Part shown: piece after piece, positions 19,501 through 26,388 of the stretch
Numbering within the stretch: the stretch's first letter is position 1
How the letters are laid out: each line of letters begins with the position of its first letter
NCBI GenBank assembly: GCA_963674575.2
Contig: CAXXQT010000008.1
Span: 182,977 to 246,976, forward strand
Direction: 5' to 3'
From: Thermoguttaceae bacterium
Lineage (GTDB): Bacteria > Planctomycetota > Planctomycetia > Pirellulales > Thermoguttaceae
Length of the DNA stretch: 64,000 nucleotides
The notes under the pieces: generated by a model
Told to the model about the DNA's origin: nothing
Database searches by the model: none
What the model saw: the letters and a program-made list of their open reading frames with translations, nothing else
Program-made: the position numbers and the translations under genes

Positions 19501-20455
19501 AAAGATGGGCCAGGACGGAAACTCGCACACAGAGGTCGAGCCAGCGCGGGTCGGAGGCAGCAACCTCGTTCTTCACCAGCTCATCCAACGCGTATCGGAT
19601 CTCCTCACCAAGCGGGCCGCAGTCGGCGATGGTCTGGTCGAGCAATTGCTGTTCGAAGTGATGGTCTTCCGACGCCAGCCAACCCTCGGAAGCAAACCAA
19701 TCGGCATGAACCAGATCCAAGAGCGGGTTTTCAGAGGCAGGGAAGTCTTGCCGGATCTGCTCCCAAAGCCGTGGGGTGGGATTCGGCGTGGGGGAGAACC
19801 AGAAGGTCGGTTCGCTGCCGGGTGTGAGCCGAACAACCAACGCGTTCTCGCCGGCCTGCAACGGCAGATCCAGGATCAACTGATCCACTTGCGTGCCGTC
19901 AACCTTGGTGGAACATCCGTACCGGCCCCTGCTGAGGTGAGTGTCGGCCGAGGCGATTTTCTTACCGTCTAGCCATACGTCGAGCCGGTCACCGCCGCCC
20001 AGTCCCACAGTCAGCCGGCACGCTTGCTTCGCCCGTAGCGAGCGAACCAGGTAGACCGCCTGCGCACTCGTTCCAGTGAGGAAGTTAACAGGCTTGCCGT
20101 CGGCCAAGGCCTTCTGCGGGCTCCACAAGGGACGGCTCTCCGCGAGTTTGACGCCCAGATCGATCCCCTTTTCGGGGCAGACAGCCTTGTCGGCCTCGCC
20201 GGCGGCGAGAAGTGGTGTGGCGGACCAACTGCCAAGCTCCACGAGCTTTCGAGCGGCCGGCTGATCGGCTCGCCACGCGGCGTATTGGCTGCGAGTTGCC
20301 AAAAGCGTTTCCTGAAGGGTCGCCTCTTTCGTGTACATGGGCGGCGCAGGCAGTTCCTCCGCCTGGCACGGACAGGCAACCGAGACGAAAAGGCCAGACA
20401 CAACCAAGGCGAGTTTCAAGCAGGACACGGCAGGCTCCGCTTCTTCCGAGGACAT
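16535..20455 (-). CDS. 1306-aa secreted multidomain protein: TolB/HzsA-middle-domain-like propeller, two CXXCH haem-binding motifs, C-terminal LamG/concanavalin-like domain
   Basis: Signal peptide; FASTRSEHGVLCTPNHYLACTNIFRMESDGTGLRPL...EDGRILYNRWEYV; CXXCH at SCIGCHEH and HCTRCHNG. The C-terminus WVKADSLNRQWSPLLF...GTWHHVALVCDA...FYVDGQPAG...LHGQVDDLRVYRGMLNKEEV is typical of LamG. Confidence 0.8.
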   Translation of the reverse strand: MSSEEAEPAVSCLKLALVVSGLFVSVACPCQAEELPAPPMYTKEATLQETLLATRSQYAAWRADQPAARKLVELGSWSATPLLAAGEADKAVCPEKGIDLGVKLAESRPLWSPQKALADGKPVNFLTGTSAQAVYLVRSLRAKQACRLTVGLGGGDRLDVWLDGKKIASADTHLSRGRYGCSTKVDGTQVDQLILDLPLQAGENALVVRLTPGSEPTFWFSPTPNPTPRLWEQIRQDFPASENPLLDLVHADWFASEGWLASEDHHFEQQLLDQTIADCGPLGEEIRYALDELVKNEVAASDPRWLDLCVRVSVLAHLSTDLARLRAAVEELGRTQNEAYPVSAFRVELDEFEKQLVAETPRLDPSRKATHTLMAALPRLQHRMLVAENPLLKDAKILFVKRYTYNSKHYYDDFQHISRWGGNLCELSLSDGTVREIAPALAGGVFDRFDLSFDAKRILFGYHRPQREGYRIYEIGVDGTGLRQVTHPPEDEEDRIATYGKTSTGDGFYGLIGYRFWTDDVHPCYLPDGGICFASTRSEHGVLCTPNHYLACTNIFRMESDGTGLRPLSMGALSEFTPTVMEDGRILYNRWEYVYKGIAGVQPLWTMRPDGSGSEEFYGDNITNPGVFWQGRQIPGKPGQAVCIGCGHEPMGIGQVLLLNPGRSKRTPEGMTSLTPDVRTQGLRGLYQRRNGVWREDIFGPFYADPYPLSDKFFLVSCNPEGRYNDQAAYGIYLLDAFGNRVPIYDDPEMSCFEPMPLRPRKVPPVLPPLPQQEEPSETATLFVSDVYRGLDGVEPGTVKYLRVMEQIPKPWAAEVDPLRGQDRRADGFGGHIAVSHNAHIWIAVLCGIVPVEEDGSACFEVPAGKNLFLQALDKDFMQVQRMRTFVNLEPGENRSCIGCHEHRTEAPLSRSVAALGRPPAKLAAQPGEVAPRPLHYPSDVQPVLDRHCTRCHNGKDPKALPDLRGEMTAIFNRSYENIMQADLVDTVREWNGADYSMANVEAVPPYGHGSHRSKLIQILQDGHYDTKLSREEWVKLVTWIDCGAPYYGSYYGRRNLSYRGQPDFRPVPTVQSACGIPPEFAKPVTPDPIPAELLASWSLDAVSDGSVPDGSGHGRTMKAVGVRPGEGHDGSGGLQLDGTGFLESDGLGAHEAISIALWVKADSLNRQWSPLLFCNEAQSGAVHFSLLPDGTPNVAVNTGGWNWTHCTADTPLATGTWHHVALVCDARFGGKAAFYVDGQPAGQAFLGIGQALDLHRFRIGGWNRWEENANNNLHGQVDDLRVYRGMLNKEEVANLAGTGTPASKN

Positions 20456-20595
20456 CTACCGAACCCGGGGGTCGGCAGACCACCAGGACTGTGACGCTTA
20501 TGATGCCCTTTCGGCAGCCAGAAAGCAAGCAGACCGCCCCCCACGGGGTGACAGCGGATCTTGATCCGGTGTGCTTTCGGCACTGGAGGTCCGGG

Positions 20596-20773
20596 CAGGT
20601 GCCACTGTCTCCATCACCTGTTGGCGCCGCCGTTTCTGCCAGAACGCCTTCCATTTGCTTGCACTAAAACCGTTCCACTTCGCACCGGTTTGGTGCCACT
20701 GGCGTGTCGCCAGTGCTTTCTAATCACTGGGGTATTGTCATGATCGTCGCTGGGCGGACAAACACGCCGGTCG
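20596..20773 (+). repeat. Repeat family C, copy C1 (~180 nt)
   Basis: The 48-nt core cacctgttggcgccgccgtttctgccagaacgccttccatttgcttgc is at 20615-20662 and the terminal ggacaaacacgccggtcg at 20756-20773. The distance from cacctg to the end is 159 nt, identical in C1, C2 and C3. It contains the hairpin cactggcg-tgt-cgccagtg. Confidence 0.8.
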
Positions 20774-20968
20774 CCCGCGATCGCCCTTCTTGAAGTCTTC
20801 GATCGCTCCCGACAAGGCCGCAAGACTCTTCGCGTAATCCGTGTCCGTCGGATTCTCCAGTCGCCAGAGGTCGAATAGTCCCTCCTGGGAAGGTTCGGGC
20901 TCACGGCTGGCCAAGCATTTCTTGGCAAATTGGGTGAAGCTCTCAAGTTCTTGCGAGGTTGTGCTCAT
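20738..20968 (-). CDS. Small hypothetical protein (76 aa), possibly antitoxin-like
   Basis: MSTTSQELESFTQFAKKCLASREPEPSQEGLFDLWRLENPTDTDYAKSLAALSGAIEDFKKGDRGRPACLSAQRRS. The track start 21040 is TTG, so the ATG at 20968 is used. The last codons and the stop lie inside repeat C1. Confidence 0.5.
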   Translation of the reverse strand: MSTTSQELESFTQFAKKCLASREPEPSQEGLFDLWRLENPTDTDYAKSLAALSGAIEDFKKGDRGRPACLSAQRRS

Positions 20969-21087
20969 CGATTGTGTCTCCGTGCCGACCCGGCAATCAT
21001 GAGACATGGACAGTGGCAGGGCATCTATTGGTACTTTCAATCCTACGCCTACCAGCCAGCCCTGGCAAGCAACCGGAAGATACGTCC

Positions 21088-21930
21088 CTATTCGCCTTCT
21101 TGCGATCCCACTTCCTCCGCATCCTGCATCTCCGATTGTTCTGGCTCATTGAGCCCATTGTCATCGAGGATCTTCCCAAGGGTTTCCGAGATTGCCACGA
21201 AAGAACCCATTCGGCTCATGTACGTTGCGTAGTAGGCGGCATAAGAATCCGGGTCTTTTGGATCGCCAGGATCGTCGCCGAGGGACTCGATCGCGGACGG
21301 AGGAAAGACGGCATGGTACTGGCATGTTGTATGTGCCCTTCCTTCCCGGAAGACACTGATGTACGCCACGAATCCGTCCGTAGCAGGGACGCTCGCATCA
21401 CCGCGGCATGTCCAAATGCCTGCATTCGCATCAAGAATCGCAGAAGCGACCTCGTGTCCTTCAAGGTGAACGATCTTGGGCGTGCCCATATCGCTGTCAA
21501 GCTTTGCTGCTACAGAGCCTTCACTGCAATCTGCCACAATCACTGAATCGTAGCTGAGATCCGAAGTCCCCCAGCCACCCTCGTACAGCACGAAAGTCTT
21601 CGGCATCCCCACCTGATCGATGAAGAACGATAGCGAGCGCAACCGCTTCGCAGAGGCTCCCCAATGAACTGCGAAAACCCTCAGATCCCATCTCCCCGGC
21701 GCGGCCTGCTTTCCATACGGAAATGCCGCATCCGCCGCCTCTTCCAGCGTCGCGCCTGCCGGAAATACGCCGATTTCCATGCTGTGGCCAGAAACAGAAT
21801 CATCCTTGGGCTCCGAGTCAGTGCGAGCGCTCTTGGCGACCGGAACGGGCGGGCCTGGTGCGCTGGCAGTGTCGTTGTCGCGGCATCCTGTCAGGACAAG
21901 GCACAAACTCACAAACATCACACGGCCCAT
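21088..21930 (-). CDS. Lipoprotein of unknown function with an acidic C-terminus
   Basis: MGRVMFVSLCLVLTGC lipobox. The track start 21939 is GTG, so the ATG at 21930 is used. No recognisable domain. The tail reads NEPEQSEMQDAEEVGSQEGE. Confidence 0.65.
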   Translation of the reverse strand: MGRVMFVSLCLVLTGCRDNDTASAPGPPVPVAKSARTDSEPKDDSVSGHSMEIGVFPAGATLEEAADAAFPYGKQAAPGRWDLRVFAVHWGASAKRLRSLSFFIDQVGMPKTFVLYEGGWGTSDLSYDSVIVADCSEGSVAAKLDSDMGTPKIVHLEGHEVASAILDANAGIWTCRGDASVPATDGFVAYISVFREGRAHTTCQYHAVFPPSAIESLGDDPGDPKDPDSYAAYYATYMSRMGSFVAISETLGKILDDNGLNEPEQSEMQDAEEVGSQEGE

Positions 21931-21959
21931 GTCTTCCACCTTTTGCTGATTAGTCTTCG

Positions 21960-22138
21960 GCAGGGGCGCCTGTTCACGCCACCTGCTGACCCCGCCGTTT
22001 CTGCCGGAACGCCTTCCATTTGCTTGCGCCCGAACCGCTCCACTTCACATGGGTCCGGTGCTGTTGGCATCTAGCCGGCGCCATCTAACCACCAGGGTAG
22101 TATCCTAGCCGCCGCTAGTCGGACAAACAAGCCGGACG
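21960..22138 (+). repeat. Repeat family C, copy C2
   Basis: Core at 21980-22027 and terminal ggacaaacaagccggacg at 22121-22138. Its left edge lies only ~20-30 nt upstream of the lipoprotein start codon on the minus strand. Confidence 0.8.
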
Positions 22139-22314
22139 AGACCATCTCGTCGTAGGCTCAAAGTCACGTCACCCTCTCGGAGGATGCAATCCCCAGGTCT
22201 TGTTGCATTCTGCCAATCCCATGCCGAAAATAGCACTGAGGAGCACGAACCGAACGTGCCTTCCGGCCCAAATCACGACCACAAACCAAACAAAAATCCC
22301 CGAGGAGCAGGTCC

Positions 22315-23256
22315 ATGCTGCGACCGTTGTTGACGATTTTGATCTTCGTCGTTGTGATGTTCCCGTGTGGTGTTTCCGCCGAAAACACCTACAGCAATCC
22401 GCTCCTTCCCGACAACCTCGCGGACCCGGCGGTGATCTTCCACGAGGGGACCTACTATCTCTATGCAACCGGCCAGGTGGACGGCGACAGCGGCTATCGG
22501 GTTTATACGTCGGCGGATCTCGTTCACTGGAAGCGGGGACCGGTCGTGTTCCAGCCTGGCCAGCCGCACATCTGGGCGCCGGACGTGTGGCGCGACCCCG
22601 GCTCGGGACGTTTCTATCTCTACTACACGGCCAACCAGACAGTCGGGGTGGCTCAGGGCGACTCGCCGAAAGGTCCCTTCACCAAGCCCCGCAAACTGGT
22701 CGATAGCTCAATCGACGCCCATCTGTTTCGCGACGACGACGGCCGGCTCTACCTTTACTACGTCCGTCTGCCCGGCTTCCACATCACGGTTCAGCCAATG
22801 GCGACTCCTACCGAGCCGAAGGGAGAGCCAAAGGAGGTCTTGCATCCCGAGTCGGAATGGGAAAGGCGGAACGGCCACGTGACCGAGGGCCCCTGGATGA
22901 TCAAGCACGACGGCCGCTACTATCTGCTCTACAGCGGCTCCGGCGCCGACACGCCCGACTACGCCGTGGGCTATGCCACCGCCGATAGTCCGCTGGGCCC
23001 CTTCACACGTGCCGCCCACAATCCGATTATCGAGCGGGGCGAAGGGCTCTTCGGCCCCGGCCATGGCTGCGCGATCCAGGACGGAGCGGGCAAGTGGTGG
23101 TTCGTCTATCACCAGAAGCGGACGGCTCGCCGCGAGTGGGGACGCTTCGTGTGCATCGATCCGCTCGCGTTCGACGCGCAGGGCAACCTTCACGGCAAGG
23201 CCACCCGCGGCGAGGTGCAACCGGGTCCGGCGTGTGACGAAGCAGTCGCCGAGTGA
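22315..23256 (+). CDS. Glycoside hydrolase family 43 (beta-xylosidase/alpha-L-arabinofuranosidase-like)
   Basis: Signal peptide; NPLLPDNLADPAVIFHEGTYYLYATG, HIWAPDVW, RFYLYYT, IDAHLFRDDDGRLYLYY and EGPWMIKHDGRYYLLYSG. GAGGAG lies upstream of the ATG. Confidence 0.9.
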   Translation: MLRPLLTILIFVVVMFPCGVSAENTYSNPLLPDNLADPAVIFHEGTYYLYATGQVDGDSGYRVYTSADLVHWKRGPVVFQPGQPHIWAPDVWRDPGSGRFYLYYTANQTVGVAQGDSPKGPFTKPRKLVDSSIDAHLFRDDDGRLYLYYVRLPGFHITVQPMATPTEPKGEPKEVLHPESEWERRNGHVTEGPWMIKHDGRYYLLYSGSGADTPDYAVGYATADSPLGPFTRAAHNPIIERGEGLFGPGHGCAIQDGAGKWWFVYHQKRTARREWGRFVCIDPLAFDAQGNLHGKATRGEVQPGPACDEAVAE

Positions 23257-23337
23257 CGAAGGACGGTGCGGACCGGTTCTTGCCAACGAATTGTCGGCAG
23301 TGTTCGCGTTCAATAGACGGCCATTTATGGTCGTTAC

Positions 23338-23501
23338 CCGCCGCAGGCGGTTAGGCCCGTCGTTTACGGCGGGGCCGGAAGCCTCACCTCGCGTTGTCCC
23401 TCCTTCCTGCCGCCGCCGGAGGCGGCGGCAGGAAGGAGGGAAGGCGGTATCGTGCCTCATGAACCCGTGCTAAAGCACGGGCCTAATACCGCCTGCGGCG
23501 G
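23338..23501. terminator. Compound palindromic element between convergent genes (three nested/adjacent hairpins)
   Basis: The inner stem is a perfect 20 bp, 23398-23417 with 23421-23440 (ccctccttcctgccgccgcc / ggcggcggcaggaaggaggg). The outer arms are 23338-23358 and 23479-23501. An extra hairpin cccgtgc-taaa-gcacggg lies at 23464-23481. Confidence 0.45.
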
Positions 23502-23575
23502 AGAAGAACCGTAAACGGTCCTGTTGTGGCTGCGTTGAAGCAGTTTGGGCTTTTGGAGGACGGCAAGACATCGCC

Positions 23576-25207
23576 TCACACCACAACCCGCCAGCGACGG
23601 TTGAACAGGGCGATCATGGAACTGATCATCAGGAAGTCGGCCGCGAGGTAGGCGAGCAGGAACAGCGCGGCGGTTGTGTCCGCCCAGTTGACGCCCACGC
23701 CGGCGGCGTCGGGCACGCTGCCCAGGGGAAGGCTGAACGTGGCAGCGAAGGGGCTGACGAACAAGGCCTCCCGAAGCGACAACGTCATGTCGTGGTTCGG
23801 ATAGAACAGATCGGCAAAAGCCTTCACGGCGATGGGGGCGGCGAAGAGCAGGATGACCGCCAGGTACGTCATCATCAGGCTCACCGACGTCCGTCGGCAC
23901 AGCAGCGAGGCGAACATGCCCATGGTCGTGGTCGTCAGGCAGGTGAGCAGGATGATGGTCAGGTAGACAATCATCGTGATCGTGTCGCCCCAGAACGTCC
24001 AGGGCGGCAGGAGCCAGGCCAGGAGGAGGGGCCAGATCAGAAAACTGGTCAGCACGACGGAGATTCGCAGGCTGGAATAGATCTTGCCGGCCAGAATCTG
24101 CCACGGCGACAGCGTCGTGGTCAGAAGGATCTCCAGGGTTTGCCGCTCACGCTCGTTCGTGATGCTGCCCGCCGCGAAGACGGGTCCCACGAGCATGTTG
24201 AAGAGCAGGACGTAGCTTGTGTACCAGGGGGCCCACGCCGGCTTGATGTAGAGGCAGACCGCCATCACGAACAGGGCCAGGCCCATGCTGAGTTGGATCA
24301 CCAGTCGCAGCATGAGCGTGCCGTGGCCGAACAGTTCGCTCCGCATCTCCTTGTCGTAGATGGGGTTGATCGTGTCCGACATGAAGTCGGTCCGTTTGGG
24401 CGGCGCGAACAGGTTGTCCGGGAACTGGTCGCTGCGGATCACCATGCCGATCGCTTCCCGCTGCTCCTCTTCCAGGTCGACCACCTCCTCGGCCTCGGCG
24501 CCCACGTCCGGCGGATGCATCAGACGCCGGCAGACGACGATCATCAAGGCCACGCAGACGACGGCGCAGCCGGCGGGCACGAACCCCGCCAGGACCGTCA
24601 AGCGGAAGGCCGCGAACTCCTGCGACACGCCGAAGAAGATGATGCCCGCCAGAGCCAGCGGAAGAATGACCAGGTACGACACCACTTGCGCCGCCACCGT
24701 TCGCGAAAAATAGCTGCTTGCCGCGATGCTGATCATCCCGAAGGTGATCACTGAAGCCGCCATGGCAATGTAAGTGCCGAGCACCTCCGAATAGTGGACG
24801 CCGCCCAACGGCAGGCACAGCATGACGATCGGCAAGGAACAGAACACGAGCACGGCCAGATGGGCCATGGCGGCGAACAGTTTGCCCGTCACGATCGCCC
24901 CGGGCCGCATGGGGCTGGCCAGCAGCATCTCGTAGGTCTTGCGTTCCTTCTCGCCCGTGATCGTTCCGGCAGCGAAACTGGGCGTCATCAAGGCGAGCAA
25001 CACGTACTGGCCCAGGAAGAACATGTTCACCAGACGCTTGGCTTCTTCCGGAGTCTCCGTCAGGTCGAGCCGATCCGCCTGGGGCCACGCGAAGTAGACG
25101 ACCACGCCGAGCAACGCCACATAAGCAAACAGCAGCAGGAACGCGCGGAGCATCCGCAGATTCACGAGCAGTTCGCGTTGAAGAACAGGATTCTCAAGAA
25201 GAAGCAT
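23576..25207 (-). CDS. ABC-2-type transporter permease (duplicated multi-TM protein)
   Basis: Very hydrophobic and downstream of the ABC ATPase. The track start 25282 (TTG) adds 25 aa (MFRISRFVFRICLL...) that are a translation of the MITE-like repeat, so the ATG at 25207 (MLLLENPVLQRELLVNLR) is used. Confidence 0.8.
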   Translation of the reverse strand: MLLLENPVLQRELLVNLRMLRAFLLLFAYVALLGVVVYFAWPQADRLDLTETPEEAKRLVNMFFLGQYVLLALMTPSFAAGTITGEKERKTYEMLLASPMRPGAIVTGKLFAAMAHLAVLVFCSLPIVMLCLPLGGVHYSEVLGTYIAMAASVITFGMISIAASSYFSRTVAAQVVSYLVILPLALAGIIFFGVSQEFAAFRLTVLAGFVPAGCAVVCVALMIVVCRRLMHPPDVGAEAEEVVDLEEEQREAIGMVIRSDQFPDNLFAPPKRTDFMSDTINPIYDKEMRSELFGHGTLMLRLVIQLSMGLALFVMAVCLYIKPAWAPWYTSYVLLFNMLVGPVFAAGSITNERERQTLEILLTTTLSPWQILAGKIYSSLRISVVLTSFLIWPLLLAWLLPPWTFWGDTITMIVYLTIILLTCLTTTTMGMFASLLCRRTSVSLMMTYLAVILLFAAPIAVKAFADLFYPNHDMTLSLREALFVSPFAATFSLPLGSVPDAAGVGVNWADTTAALFLLAYLAADFLMISSMIALFNRRWRVVV

Positions 25208-25248
25208 GGCGAAGTTGGGCAGCGAAATGTGGAAAGGAGCTAAAAGAC

Positions 25249-25458
25249 AAATACGAAATACGAATCTCGAAATTCGAAACAAAATCGAAATTCAAAGCAC
25301 GAATGTCAGAAACCGGTGTATCGGCCTTGCTTGGCCAGACGGCGCGGCGTCTGTGTGTTTTGGTCATTTACCCTTTCGGTCATTAGAATTTGTTTCGTAT
25401 TTCGATATTCGGATTTCGGATTTATCCTCGTATATCGAGATTCGGATTTCGGATTTCC
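25249..25458. mobile_element. MITE-like AT-rich element with 37-nt imperfect terminal inverted repeats, inserted between the ABC ATPase and permease genes
   Basis: The left arm is 25249-25285 (aaatacgaaatacgaatctcgaaattcgaaacaaaat). The right arm 25387-25423 has reverse complement aaatccgaaatccgaatatcgaaatacgaaacaaatt. An extra partial arm sits at 25435-25458. No ORF. Confidence 0.5.
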
Positions 25459-25461
25459 CCG

Positions 25462-26388
25462 TCACGCTACTGCGCCTTTCGTCACCAGCATGAAAACGTC
25501 TTCCAACGTTGGTTCTTTGTCGGCGAAGGAATACATCCGAACGCCTTCGGCAACGAGACGCTGCATGAGGGCGGAAATCTGTTCGTCATCGGCCTCCAGT
25601 TCCGCCGTGACCCGGCCGTTCTCAACCTGCACCTCGCGGGTTTCGGCCAGGCTGCGGATGATCGAGACGCCGACCTCTTGCTTGTCGATGAACTTGATGA
25701 TGATCGTTCGGTTGCCCCGGATTCGGCGATAGACCTCGTCGATGGGCCCGTGCATGAGGAGCCGTCCCCGCTCGATGATTCCGATCGACGTGCAGCAGTC
25801 GGCCAGTTCCGTCAGGATGTGACTCGAAATCAGGATCGTCTTGCCCATGCGGCGCAGCTCCTTGAGCAACGCCTTCACCTCCACGCGCGCCCGGGGGTCC
25901 AGGCCGCTTGCCGGTTCGTCGAGAATCAGCACCGGCGGGTCGTGGACGAGCGTCTTGGCCAGGCAGAGCCGCTGCTTCATGCCGCGCGACAGGCCGTTGA
26001 CGAAATCGTTTCGCTTGCCCGTCAGATCGAGCAGCTCGAGCACGTCGCCGATGACCTGTTTCCGGGCCGAACGGGGAATCTGGTAAGCCACGGCGAAGAA
26101 GTCGAGGAACTCCCACACCTTCATCCCGTCGTAGACGCCGAAACTGTCGGGCATGTAGCCGATGCTGCGACGCACGTCGAGGGGCTGGCGGTTCACGCTG
26201 AACCCGTTGACGATGCCCTCGCCGCCGGTCGCCTTCAAGAGGGTGGCCAGGAACCGGATCGAGGTGCTCTTGCCGGCGCCGTTCGGGCCGATGAATCCGA
26301 ACATTTCCCCCGGCTCGATCTTCAGATTCAGACGATCAACCGCGACCAGGTCACCATAACGCTTTGTGAAATCGATGAGTTCAATCAT
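25462..26388 (-). CDS. ABC transporter ATP-binding protein
   Basis: Walker A GPNGAGKST, signature LSRGMKQRL, Walker B VLILDEPASGLD. The ATG at 26388 (MIELIDFTKRYG) is 4 nt after the stop of the upstream gene. Confidence 0.9.
   Translation of the reverse strand: MIELIDFTKRYGDLVAVDRLNLKIEPGEMFGFIGPNGAGKSTSIRFLATLLKATGGEGIVNGFSVNRQPLDVRRSIGYMPDSFGVYDGMKVWEFLDFFAVAYQIPRSARKQVIGDVLELLDLTGKRNDFVNGLSRGMKQRLCLAKTLVHDPPVLILDEPASGLDPRARVEVKALLKELRRMGKTILISSHILTELADCCTSIGIIERGRLLMHGPIDEVYRRIRGNRTIIIKFIDKQEVGVSIIRSLAETREVQVENGRVTAELEADDEQISALMQRLVAEGVRMYSFADKEPTLEDVFMLVTKGAVA

Noticed and set aside
20561-20743. A possible small protein encoded by family C repeats. The plus-frame peptide HLL(A/T)PPFLPERLPFAC(T/A)(K/R)T.PL is shared by C1, C2 and C3.
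   Set aside because: C2 has an in-frame TGA just upstream and no usable start codon. The reading frames end at different places, and C4 is not conserved in this frame. Conservation is better explained at the nucleotide level.
20596-22138. The idea that family C repeats are integron attC sites flanking gene cassettes.
   Set aside because: There are no RYYYAAC/GTTRRRY core sites at the ends. No repeat separates the two cassette genes. One copy is inverted, and no intI-type integrase is present in the window.
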